Below are positions 39,106-47,429 of a stretch of 60,370 bases of DNA, one piece after another. Every line of letters starts with the position of its first letter. Position 1 is the stretch's first letter. Location: IMG/VR virus record IMGVR_UViG_3300036805_000098, positions 1 through 60,370 of that record. The stretch is one strand, 5' to 3'. Both the position numbers and the translations under genes were made by a program. The notes under the pieces are model-generated. The model was given only the letters and a program-made list of their open reading frames with translations. It was not told the origin of the DNA and searched no databases. The stretch is from a virus. Lineage: Duplodnaviria; Caudoviricetes.

Positions 39106-40251
39106 ATGCAGATCAACCTGCGGAACAGCAACCTCGACGGTCTCGTCAACGAGCTGACCGAGCAGCGCGACCGCAAGCAAGACCTGATCGTCCCCGCGCG
39201 GGACCTCTGGTCCCACGAGGGCCGGGTGTTCGTCCGGGGCGCCGGTGAGCCGGTGCTCACCGCCGACGGCGTCACCACGGGCAACCTGGAGTTCGCCCCG
39301 TCCGACGTCTACGACGAGGGAGCGGCGGCCAAGCTCGGGTTCCCCCGGGCGTACCTCCGCACGCTGCGGTCGTCCGGCCGGTCGGACCTGATCGACCAGA
39401 ACCTCAACGGCCTGCTCCACGGGAACAAGAACCTGGAGGTGCCCGGCGACACCCGGCGCTTCATGCTCCGGACGTTCAAGGGCCAGGACGGCGGGCTGGG
39501 CATGGCCCGCGCGCTGCTGTCCGACTCGTACCGCACCATCGACAACTGGGACGTCCTGATGGCGACCCTGGAGGGCATGCAGGCGGCCGGACTGGACGCG
39601 CACGTCGTGCGGCAGGCCGATCTCACCAACCGCCGGATGTACGTCCAGATCGTCGCCCCCGAGGTCCAGGCGCTCGCGCCCGAGCTGCTGAAGGACTACC
39701 GCTCGCCCTTCTCGGGCAACCGGGGCGCCGACAACCCGACCATGTTCGCCGGGTTCGTGGTCAGCAACAGCGAGACCGGCGGCGGGGCGTTCACGATCAC
39801 GCCGCGCCTGGAGATCCAGATCTGCACCAACGGCATGACGATCACGCAGGACGCCGTGAGCCGTCGGCACCTCGGCTCGAAGCTGGAAGAGGACGGCGTC
39901 GTCCGCTACAGCGACGAGACCCAGGCGAAGAACCTGGAGCTGATCAAGCTCCAGACCCGGGACGCGGTCCGGACCTTCCTGGACGTCGACTACATGAACA
40001 AGGTGATCACCCGGGTCACCGAGAAGGCGGGCCGCCCGGTCAGCCGCCCGGAGGAGATCGTCAAGACGGTCGTCAAGCGCGAGGCGTACACCAAGGAGGA
40101 CGCCGAGGGCATCCTCGCGCACTTCATCAAGGGCTCGGACATGACGCACGGCGGCGTCTTCCAGGCCATCACCAGCTACGCGCAGACCGTCGACAACGCG
40201 GACCGCGCCTACGCCATGGAGGCGGACGCCCTCGCGGCGGCCGGTCTCTGA
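39106..40251 (+). CDS. DUF932/DUF945-like phage protein
   Basis: RALLSDSY, SNSETG, ICTNG, RRHLG motifs. Confidence 0.7.
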   Translation: MQINLRNSNLDGLVNELTEQRDRKQDLIVPARDLWSHEGRVFVRGAGEPVLTADGVTTGNLEFAPSDVYDEGAAAKLGFPRAYLRTLRSSGRSDLIDQNLNGLLHGNKNLEVPGDTRRFMLRTFKGQDGGLGMARALLSDSYRTIDNWDVLMATLEGMQAAGLDAHVVRQADLTNRRMYVQIVAPEVQALAPELLKDYRSPFSGNRGADNPTMFAGFVVSNSETGGGAFTITPRLEIQICTNGMTITQDAVSRRHLGSKLEEDGVVRYSDETQAKNLELIKLQTRDAVRTFLDVDYMNKVITRVTEKAGRPVSRPEEIVKTVVKREAYTKEDAEGILAHFIKGSDMTHGGVFQAITSYAQTVDNADRAYAMEADALAAAGL

Positions 40252-40360
40252 GCACCGACTGATCCACCCGCACGATCTCCCGCCCCGGAGCGCACCGCCG
40301 GGGCGGGGGAGGGACCCTACAGAGTGCAGGCCCGGGGGCACACAGCAACCGGGCCGACCA

Positions 40361-40429
40361 GATCGCGCAGCTTGATGGCCGAGCGCCCCGACGGGGGAGG
40401 TGCGGGTTCGAATCCCGCCGCGATCACCA
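40361..40429 (+). ncRNA. tRNA-like RNA with truncated anticodon arm
   Basis: Acceptor GATCGCG/CGCGATC + ACCA, D arm, T arm GCGGG-TTCGAAT-CCCGC; anticodon arm only CCCC-GACG-GGGG. Confidence 0.75.
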
Positions 40430-40482
40430 CGGTTCCGGCAATCGCCGGGGCCGAGCCCCACCGAAGAGACAGGAACAAGATC

Positions 40483-40662
40483 ATGGCCGACTCCCCCGTC
40501 AAGCTCGTGAAGGTCTTCTTCAGCCTGAACCTCAAGGAGATGAAGGAGGAGTACATGGCGTCCGGCAACCCGGCCAAGACGCTCACCGACGCCGACAAGG
40601 CGGACTTCACCACGGCGCTCACGCCCGACCCGGCGACCGGCGTCCCCAGCTACACGTACTAG
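40483..40662 (+). CDS. hypothetical protein
   Basis: AGGA RBS, high GC3. Confidence 0.65.
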   Translation: MADSPVKLVKVFFSLNLKEMKEEYMASGNPAKTLTDADKADFTTALTPDPATGVPSYTY

Positions 40663-40667
40663 GAGGT

Positions 40668-40725
40668 CCGAGCGCAGCATGGCGGCCGACGCCCCTCGGG
40701 GCGCCGACCGGCCACGGGTGTTCGG
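40668..40725 (+). repeat. intergenic hairpin family 2, copy 1
   Basis: CGCAGCATGGCGGCCGACGCCCCTCGGGGCGCCGACCGGCCACGGG core. Confidence 0.85.
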
Positions 40726-40750
40726 CCCGGGAAAGATCAGAGAAACGATC

Positions 40751-40882
40751 ATGGGAACGAATTTGATCATGGCCGTGGCAACGACGCCCCCGCCGGGCAA
40801 CCCCGGCGAGCAGATGGGCGGTGGCGCGCTGCTCATGATCGTCATCCTGCTCATCATCAGTTCGGTCAAGGGAAAGAAGTGA
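40751..40882 (+). CDS. small membrane peptide
   Basis: Single hydrophobic helix followed by lysines. Confidence 0.55.
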   Translation: MGTNLIMAVATTPPPGNPGEQMGGGALLMIVILLIISSVKGKK

Positions 40883-41039
40883 CCATGAAACAGGCCGAGC
40901 GCTGGTGGTGGTACTGGAAGGCGCGCGAGCGTCAGCACTCCACTCCAGGGCCCCGCTACTGCGCCGAGTGCGGCGCGGCCAACGACCCCAACGCGACGTT
41001 CTGCGGAGCGTGCGGCAAGCGACTGTCAGGAGGCTGACC

Positions 41040-41375
41040 ATGCCTTGGGGCAAGGGTGAAGAGTTCAACTGGACGCGGGACGAGGCTCAGGCCGACATCC
41101 TGCAAGGCCGGTACGGCGAGGAGAACGACGACCGGGTGTGCGAGCTGGCCAACTTCGAGAACGGCTCGCGGAAGTTCTGGGCTGACAAGCTCCGGGCGCT
41201 GGTCGACGCCGACCCGGCCGACCGGCCCCGGTGGGCAGCGGCCATGCGGGAGGCGGCGGCTCTGCTGGACCCGTACGACGAGAAGGGTTCCGCTCAGGGC
41301 TTCGGCAGGACCGAGCCGGTGGGATCGGCCGGACTGCTGTACCTCGGCCCGGAGAGGGGAGGAGAGGGGAGCTGA
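41040..41375 (+). CDS. hypothetical protein
   Basis: AGGAGG RBS. Confidence 0.6.
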   Translation: MPWGKGEEFNWTRDEAQADILQGRYGEENDDRVCELANFENGSRKFWADKLRALVDADPADRPRWAAAMREAAALLDPYDEKGSAQGFGRTEPVGSAGLLYLGPERGGEGS

Positions 41376-41382
41376 GTACCGA

Positions 41383-41440
41383 CTGAACGCAGCATGGCGG
41401 CCGACGCCCCTCGGGGCGCCGACCGGCCACGGGTGTTCAG
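41383..41440 (+). repeat. intergenic hairpin family 2, copy 2
   Basis: Identical core, covarying outer stem CTGAACGC/GTGTTCAG. Confidence 0.85.
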
Positions 41441-41467
41441 CCCGACCACAGAACAGGAGAAACGATC

Positions 41468-42214
41468 ATGAACCGCAGGGCATCCCTCGTGGGAGCCGTC
41501 GCTCTCGCCGCCGGAATCGCCGTGGGCTGTTGCGCCGCACCCGCCTCGGCAGCCGCGTATCCGACTGTCGGCCCGGTCTCCGGGACCGGGTGGAACACGC
41601 AGACCGTCACCATCGACGGGACGGACTACCGGGTCAACGCGCTGCCGCACAACACGGAGTTCTACATCACGTACGGCGACACGGCGAGCATGAACACGCT
41701 CAAGCCTTACGCGCTGGTGTCGGCCCGAGCGCTCAACGCCATCCCGTCCGTCGTGGCGGCGGGTATCCACTTCAACTGCTACAGCACGGTGGAGAAGCTG
41801 ACCGAGCCTGCGGGCGCGGTCTACCCCGAGGCGAGCCCGGCGAAGTTCCACATCAACCTGACCCTCCGCAAGGGCTCGGGTTCGGGGATGTCCTGGACGA
41901 ACACCAGCGTCCTGAACAACCGGTTCGCGTGGGGTGGGGACATCTGGATCGACCCCGAATACTTCAACGTCCCGAACTGGTTCACCACGAACAAGGCGCT
42001 CAACACGGTGATCATCCACAACACCGTGTCCCACGAGATCGGCCACGCGATCGGCCTCAACCACCCGGCAGCCTTCAAGGTGCCCGCCGGGCGCGCGGTG
42101 CCGGTCATGACCCCGGGTCCCTCGGGCGGGTACCAGTCCACGGTCCACCAGGGCCTCTACACCGCGTACGACACCACGGGGATCAACAACCTCGTGGCCA
42201 ACGGCGCGCTCTGA
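41468..42214 (+). CDS. secreted metzincin-type zinc metalloprotease
   Basis: Signal peptide, HEIGHAIGLNH motif, downstream Met-turn (VM). Confidence 0.82.
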   Translation: MNRRASLVGAVALAAGIAVGCCAAPASAAAYPTVGPVSGTGWNTQTVTIDGTDYRVNALPHNTEFYITYGDTASMNTLKPYALVSARALNAIPSVVAAGIHFNCYSTVEKLTEPAGAVYPEASPAKFHINLTLRKGSGSGMSWTNTSVLNNRFAWGGDIWIDPEYFNVPNWFTTNKALNTVIIHNTVSHEIGHAIGLNHPAAFKVPAGRAVPVMTPGPSGGYQSTVHQGLYTAYDTTGINNLVANGAL

Positions 42215-42268
42215 GCGCAGCATGGCGGCCGACGCCCCTCGGGGCGCCGACCGGCCACGGGCGTTCAG
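42211..42268 (+). repeat. intergenic hairpin family 2, copy 3
   Basis: Identical core. Confidence 0.85.
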
Positions 42269-42282
42269 CTCGTCCCGGTCCG

Positions 42283-42353
42283 TAACGATCGGGATACGAT
42301 TTAGCTAATTCGGGCCCTCGGACGGCTCGTCACCCGTACTTTTGGGGGAGTTC
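42283..42353 (+). promoter_or_regulatory. repeated promoter/operator copy B
   Basis: TAACGATCGGGATACGATTTAGCTAATTCG...TACTTTTGGGGGAGTTC. Confidence 0.75.
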
Positions 42354-42387
42354 GAAACCAGCACGACCAGGAGAGCGGAGACAGGAA

Positions 42388-42798
42388 ATGATCAAGATCA
42401 CCAGCCCCGAGCACGCGGCCCGCCGGATGACCTACGCGGCCCGCAACCACTTCCCGGTGACGATCACCTACACCCGGCAGGACGGCACGCAGACCGTCCG
42501 GACGATCGAGGTGTACGAGTTCACCCGCAACAAGGCGGGCGACCGCTACGTCAAGGCGATGGTCAGGGCGAGCAAGCCCGAGGACAACCCGGCGGGCGAG
42601 CTGCGGAGCTTCCGGCTGGACCGGGTGAACTTCATCACGATCCACCGGAGCCACTTCAAGCTCACGGTCCCCGAGCCCAAGAGCGTGCAGCGCCCCGTCG
42701 TCCGCCCGGCGGACGAGATCCTGCGGGAGATGGCGGGCGCCGGTCGCACGGTCGGCCAGTACGCCATCCGCATCTCGGGTGGGGAGATCCTGCGATGA
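42388..42798 (+). CDS. WYL-domain protein
   Basis: ITYTRQDG..TVRTIE...RSFRLDRV. Confidence 0.75.
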   Translation: MIKITSPEHAARRMTYAARNHFPVTITYTRQDGTQTVRTIEVYEFTRNKAGDRYVKAMVRASKPEDNPAGELRSFRLDRVNFITIHRSHFKLTVPEPKSVQRPVVRPADEILREMAGAGRTVGQYAIRISGGEILR

Positions 42799-42952
42799 CC
42801 CTTCCTACCCCCACCAAGAAGCGCCCGGCGACCAAGCGTCGCCGGGCCTCGGCCCGCCCGACGGCGGCGCAGTTCTACGCCGTCCTCGTCTACCGGCTGA
42901 GCCTCGCCATCCTGGCGACGATTGTCATCCTCCACGTGAAAGGAAGCTGAGC

Positions 42953-43291
42953 ATGGAGTGGCCCAAGATCAAACCGTTCACCTTGAACGGCTGGAAGATC
43001 GTCCCGTGCGACGACTTCGGGCACGTCCCCGACGGAGGTGGGTTCTACCTCGCGTACGACGTCGTGAGCGGAGCCGAGCGCTACCACCACGAGGGGCTGG
43101 AGAGCGCCGTCGCCGCCGCTCAGATCGTCCCCCGGGAGCTGCCGGACCCGATCACCCCCGACCTGTCGGCCAAGCTCTACGCGTGCCTCTCCGAGGCGTG
43201 GGACGGGGGCGGCATCCAGGGCTCGGTCGACTACACCTTGCAGAACCTGGAACAGGTCGTCCGCGAGGCGATCGAAGAGGCCCGGCCGTGA
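42953..43291 (+). CDS. hypothetical protein
   Basis: AAAGGAAG RBS. Confidence 0.6.
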   Translation: MEWPKIKPFTLNGWKIVPCDDFGHVPDGGGFYLAYDVVSGAERYHHEGLESAVAAAQIVPRELPDPITPDLSAKLYACLSEAWDGGGIQGSVDYTLQNLEQVVREAIEEARP

Positions 43292-43524
43292 ACGCCCGAG
43301 GCATCCGCTCCGACTTGCTGCGCGCCGTCGTCAAGGCGGCCGTCAAGCAGAAGTTCACCTTGGACTGGGAGGGCAACCACCCGGCGCTCATCTGCCCGAC
43401 GTGCGGCCACCGCGAGGTGATCACCGCGACGGGTAAGCAGGCGCACCACGAGTCCCGTAACAAGATCTGCCGCTTGCGGCGCCACGGCTTCACCTGGAAG
43501 GGAATCGGAGGACAGCATGCGTAA
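43288..43524 (+). CDS. HicA-like small basic protein
   Basis: GNHPALIC...LRRHGF; weak resemblance only. Confidence 0.4.
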   Translation: MNARGIRSDLLRAVVKAAVKQKFTLDWEGNHPALICPTCGHREVITATGKQAHHESRNKICRLRRHGFTWKGIGGQHA

Positions 43525-44020
43525 CGGCGTGAGCCCCTACCGGCTGATGTCGGAGAACGGTCTCGACCTCGTCAAACTCGGCCCGAGGTACGGCCGTCCC
43601 CTGGACGACACGACCCTGCTCGGGATTGAGCACCGCACCCTCGGGGCGTACGTCGGCGTCCTGCTGGAACGGGGTGAGTTCCACGCGCTGGCCGAGTGGC
43701 TGGCGGCCGACGACGGCGGCGCCGACCCGGCCACGCTGCCGCCGTTCGAGCGGCCGATGGGTGAGGGCGGCGCCCCGCTCTACGTCCGCCGGGTCGACGT
43801 CACCCCCTCGCAGTTCCGGGTGATCGACCTCCAGACCGCGCTCATGATCACCCGGCGCCCCGGCTTCCGGGCGAAGTTCTCGGCCTGGTGGCTGGGCTCC
43901 GGCCGGTCGCGGGGAGCGGAGCTGAACGACATCTCCGTGAACCTGTTCACCGACTGGGTGACCGACGTCGACACCCACGGGTGGGCTGGATGGAGGTCGG
44001 GCCGTGCCGAAGAAGCGTAG
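43517..44020 (+). CDS. hypothetical protein
   Basis: GGAGG RBS. Confidence 0.6.
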   Translation: MRNGVSPYRLMSENGLDLVKLGPRYGRPLDDTTLLGIEHRTLGAYVGVLLERGEFHALAEWLAADDGGADPATLPPFERPMGEGGAPLYVRRVDVTPSQFRVIDLQTALMITRRPGFRAKFSAWWLGSGRSRGAELNDISVNLFTDWVTDVDTHGWAGWRSGRAEEA

Positions 44021-44258
44021 GGACTACCTGAGCAACCTCCGGCGCAAGACCCACACCGGGTGCACCTGGTGCGGGGCCGAGGTCGACCCCCCGGTCACCA
44101 CCGCCTCGTACTGCTCGGACGCCTGCGTACAGGCGGACCACGAGGGGATCGAGGACGAGCCGCCGGTGATCCCCCTCGCCTACAAGGACGAGGTGTACGC
44201 CTCGTGGGTGTGGGCGGGCCGACCGGCGGGAGGGCCCCGGTACCCGAAACGGGGATGA
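44004..44258 (+). CDS. Zn-finger-like hypothetical protein
   Basis: CTWC...YCSDAC. Confidence 0.6.
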   Translation: MPKKRRDYLSNLRRKTHTGCTWCGAEVDPPVTTASYCSDACVQADHEGIEDEPPVIPLAYKDEVYASWVWAGRPAGGPRYPKRG

Positions 44259-44329
44259 TAACGATCGGGACTCGATTTAGCTAAATCGAGTCTCGATCGT
44301 CCTCGTTTCACGTACTTTTGGGGAAGTTC
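44259..44329 (+). promoter_or_regulatory. repeated promoter/operator copy C
   Basis: 40-bp near-perfect palindrome centred on GATTTAGCTAAATC, then TACTTTTGGGGAAGTTC. Confidence 0.75.
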
Positions 44330-44359
44330 AACAACCGCCCACGGACCTAGGAGCCGATC

Positions 44360-44614
44360 ATGAACAGCATCGACAGCATCGCCACCCTCGCCGCTCAGAT
44401 CATCTGCCTCTCCCCCGAGGCCGTCGCCGAGGCGACGATGCTCCGGGGCGTCTACGCCAACGCGTCGACCAACGACGGCCGGTGCCGGGTGGCCGAGGTC
44501 GCCCGCAACCTGGCGGCGGTCCGGGCCAACTCGGACGAGGAGGGCTTCACGGCCGAGGCGTACATGGACATCGTCCTGCGGGACCTGCGCACCGCGCGGG
44601 GCGACTACCGCTGA
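44360..44614 (+). CDS. hypothetical protein
   Basis: Leader ACACGGACCTAGGAGCCGATCATG closely matches the ribozyme-cassette leaders. Confidence 0.7.
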   Translation: MNSIDSIATLAAQIICLSPEAVAEATMLRGVYANASTNDGRCRVAEVARNLAAVRANSDEEGFTAEAYMDIVLRDLRTARGDYR

Positions 44615-44618
44615 TCGA

Positions 44619-44682
44619 GCCGAAACGGCGCTCCGGCGCCGTCGGCGGGGAATGGCCGCCCCGTCCTGATGATGGCAGGCCG
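44619..44682 (+). ncRNA. type II hammerhead ribozyme 6
   Basis: GCC-GAAA-CGGCGC-TCCG-GCGCCG-TC-GGCGGGG-AATGGCCG-CCCCGTC-CTGATGA-T-GGC; predicted cleavage after 44643. Confidence 0.85.
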
Positions 44683-44701
44683 ACAGATCAGGAGAATGAT
44701 C

Positions 44702-45028
44702 ATGGACGTTCTGGTTCCCCGTCAGTTGATCGAGGACACGCTGGACAGCATCGGCCTGGACCCGGAGAGCGACCTGCGGGCCGACTACGGCGGCCGGAAC
44801 ATGTACGGCGCGACCTGCCTCGGCATCGTGTGCTCGCTGGCCGAGTATGGCGCCTTCCTCGTGGAGCTGTCGCACGCCTACTCCGAGAACGAGGACATGG
44901 AGTCCGACTTCGCGCAGGACTTCGCCCAGCGGGCCCGCTCGGACAGCATGGGCCGAGGCGAGATCTTCTACTTCCCGGGCGTCAAGCTCGAAGCCGAGGA
45001 CGACGACTCGGCCGACGTGGAAGACTGA
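44702..45028 (+). CDS. acidic hypothetical protein
   Basis: YGGRNMYGATCLGI...DSMG...YFPG; AGGAG RBS. Confidence 0.7.
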   Translation: MDVLVPRQLIEDTLDSIGLDPESDLRADYGGRNMYGATCLGIVCSLAEYGAFLVELSHAYSENEDMESDFAQDFAQRARSDSMGRGEIFYFPGVKLEAEDDDSADVED

Positions 45029-45108
45029 GCCTCATACGGCGTCGCAGGGCGGGCCCGCCTTCAGCCACAGCGCACCACCCACCGGAAGCGACCTCTCCGG
45101 TGGTCCCC

Positions 45109-45179
45109 GCTCCCATGGGGTAATGGATGCCCGGCGGCTTCTCAAGCCGCAGATGCCGGATCGTGACCGGCTGGGAGCA
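45109..45179 (+). tRNA. tRNA-Glu(CUC)-like with atypical T loop
   Basis: Complete cloverleaf, anticodon loop TT-CTC-AA, T loop ATCGTGA. Confidence 0.7.
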
Positions 45180-45297
45180 CGGCGGGTGACCGAGGGAACC
45201 CTTACCCCTCGGCAGGAGAGGCCAACTCCGGTGGTGAACGCTTCGCGAGAAGCCCCGGAGAAAGATCTCCTGAGTCGTAGTAGCGGCCCCCGCGCTT

Positions 45298-45370
45298 AGG
45301 TCCGTAGTCCAACTGGAAGGGCGCCCGCCTCCAAAGCGGGACGATGTCGGTTCGAGCCCGGCCGGACCTG
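45298..45370 (+). tRNA. tRNA-Trp(CCA)
   Basis: Cloverleaf, CT-CCA-AA, GGTTCGAGCCC. Confidence 0.88.
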
Positions 45371-45412
45371 CTCAAAGATCACCCAGCAAGATCAGGAACG
45401 CGAGACAGGAGA

Positions 45413-46054
45413 ATGACCATGACGTCGACCTTCGACCGAATGACGGTCACCGTCCCCGAGGGCGAGTTGGAGGGGCTGTCCGTCCAGCGCTTCACGTTCG
45501 ACCCGCAGAGCATCGCGGGCGTCCGGGCGAGGATGTCCGGCCGGTCCATCCCGGCGGGTACGTACACCCGGCTGGTGACCCGGGACACGTTCTGGATGAG
45601 CGACACCCCGGCCGAGAAGCGCGACCACGCGGAGGCGGTCTTCCAGATCTCCAACCTCGGGGCGCGCCGGGTGCTGATCAACGGCCTCGGTCTCGGAATG
45701 GTGCTGGCGGCGGCGCTCAGCTTCGACCACGTCGAGCACGTGGATGTCGTCGAGCGGGACGCCCGCGTGATCAAACTCGTGGGCCCGCACTACACCACCG
45801 ACCCCCGGGTGAACATCGTGCACGGCGACGCGTACGAGGTGGCCCGTGGGTGGCCCGCCGGTACCCGGTGGGACGTCGGCTGGTCGGACATCTGGCCGGA
45901 GCTGAACCCCGACGACCTCGCCGACCATGCCCGGCTGAGCCGGAGCTACGGGCGCCGGTGCACCTGGCACGGCTGCTGGGCTCACGACCTGCTGCTCCGG
46001 CGCGCTGCTCAGGAGCGTCGCGAGATCAAGCGCTATGAGGAGTGGATGTCATGA
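45413..46054 (+). CDS. SAM-dependent methyltransferase (spermidine synthase-like fold)
   Basis: WMSDT, VLINGLGLG, VVERD, GDAY, DIW. Confidence 0.75.
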   Translation: MTMTSTFDRMTVTVPEGELEGLSVQRFTFDPQSIAGVRARMSGRSIPAGTYTRLVTRDTFWMSDTPAEKRDHAEAVFQISNLGARRVLINGLGLGMVLAAALSFDHVEHVDVVERDARVIKLVGPHYTTDPRVNIVHGDAYEVARGWPAGTRWDVGWSDIWPELNPDDLADHARLSRSYGRRCTWHGCWAHDLLLRRAAQERREIKRYEEWMS

Positions 46055-46287
46055 ACGACATCGAGGTGGGGATCGTGTACGAGGCGCCGGGCCTGCCGTA
46101 TTCGGCCGACTACCGCACCTGGTCGGATCACGTGGACGGCTGTGCGCACTGCGTACAGGCGATCAAGGACCAGACGTTCAGCTTCGAACCCCGGGACCCG
46201 TCCCGGCTGTGCGACCTCGGCCGGGAGCTGGATTCCAAGCTCGCGGCGTCGATGGTCTTCCAGCGCGAGACGTCCCGGCTCAACTAG
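46051..46287 (+). CDS. hypothetical protein
   Basis: ATGA overlap, GAGGAG RBS. Confidence 0.6.
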   Translation: MNDIEVGIVYEAPGLPYSADYRTWSDHVDGCAHCVQAIKDQTFSFEPRDPSRLCDLGRELDSKLAASMVFQRETSRLN

Positions 46288-46314
46288 CACGACCCCGGCC
46301 CTCGGGCCGGGCCC

Positions 46315-46385
46315 GCTCCCGTGGGGTAACGGATGCCCACTGCGCCTTCACCGCAGAGATACCGGATCATGACCGGTCGGGAGCA
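46315..46385 (+). tRNA. tRNA-Glu(UUC)-like with C33 and atypical T loop
   Basis: Cloverleaf paralogous to 45109-45179; anticodon loop CC-TTC-AC, T loop ATCATGA. Confidence 0.62.
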
Positions 46386-46590
46386 CGTCGGACACCGAGT
46401 CCGTGGAGAGAAGCGATTCCGTGAAGCGAGAGCAAGTCCGCAAGACCCGCAAGGCGTCACAGAACCGCAGCGAGAGCGACGAACAGGACCAGAGCGGCAC
46501 CGTCGACCGGGCCAGGGCCCGTAAGGCCCGCAGAAGGGCGCTCAGGGCTTCCGCTCAAGCGGCAGCCTTCCTGTCCAGGACGGAGGAGAA

Positions 46591-47001
46591 ATGATCGATT
46601 ACCGGAAGGTCTTCCGGGACGCGTTGGTAGGGCGCGGCTACGCGCCGTACCGGGCCGAGATGCTGGTGGCGGAGTTCGCCGACGCGGTCGCCGATGGCGC
46701 CCGGCAGAACAGCGACCACGCCGCCTACCGGAAGCTGGCCGACGCGGTCAGCCTGATGGTCAACGAGGTGAGCGACCCGGACAACTGGGACGGGGACGAC
46801 TCCGAGGTGGGCATCCTGATCCGGTTCGTCCAGTGGGCACCGGACATGATCGCCCACCAGGTGGCCGACAAGATCCGGAGCCAGGCCCTCGGGGGTCAGT
46901 ACGCGGCCGACTTCACCGACCCGTTCGAGAAGAACCGCGCCGGGCAGTGGGTCCGCAAGGCCGACGGCGCCCCGGTGCCGTGGCCGGTGGTGACGTCGTG
47001 A
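46591..47001 (+). CDS. hypothetical protein
   Basis: GGAGGAG RBS. Confidence 0.65.
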   Translation: MIDYRKVFRDALVGRGYAPYRAEMLVAEFADAVADGARQNSDHAAYRKLADAVSLMVNEVSDPDNWDGDDSEVGILIRFVQWAPDMIAHQVADKIRSQALGGQYAADFTDPFEKNRAGQWVRKADGAPVPWPVVTS

Positions 47002-47426
47002 CCGGGGCCAAGCCGGACAGCGTGCTGTTCATGGGAGCCTCGGCCGAGCAGATCGCGACCCTGGCCAACCACCTCCAGTGGTACGCCTCGCCGGGGTGGA
47101 TGCGCCGGAAGGACGACGCCCTACTGGTCGCCGACCTCGTCACCTACCAGGTGGCCGGGTCGACACTCCAGACTCCCGGACAGCAGCGCAAGGCGTACGA
47201 CTACGCCCACGAGCTGCGCCGGGAGCTGTCCCGCCGGAAGCTCATGCCAGTGGCCGACCTGCGCATCCCGCGCTGCTCGGTCTGCAAGCACGGCACGGAG
47301 AAGCTGTTCGCCACGACCGAGGCGACGCACAACATCGTGGACGACGACGACGAGAAGAAGATCTTCCCGCCACTGTGCGTGCGGTGCTGGAGTCGCCTCC
47401 ACGTGGACAGCGACGAGGAGGACTGA
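46998..47426 (+). CDS. hypothetical protein with two CxxC
   Basis: Coupled ORF. Confidence 0.6.
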   Translation: MTGAKPDSVLFMGASAEQIATLANHLQWYASPGWMRRKDDALLVADLVTYQVAGSTLQTPGQQRKAYDYAHELRRELSRRKLMPVADLRIPRCSVCKHGTEKLFATTEATHNIVDDDDEKKIFPPLCVRCWSRLHVDSDEED

Positions 47427-47429
47427 CCC

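Noticed and set aside
38767-40938. Long antisense ORFs (also 13185-15608, 11064-12872, 17070-18758, 55973-58078)
   Set aside because: Shadow frames of high-GC3 genes on the opposite strand; no motifs or RBS
46315-46385. UCA (opal suppressor or Sec) anticodon reading
   Set aside because: The perfect CTGCG/CGCAG stem centres the 7-nt loop on TTC, and there is no long variable arm
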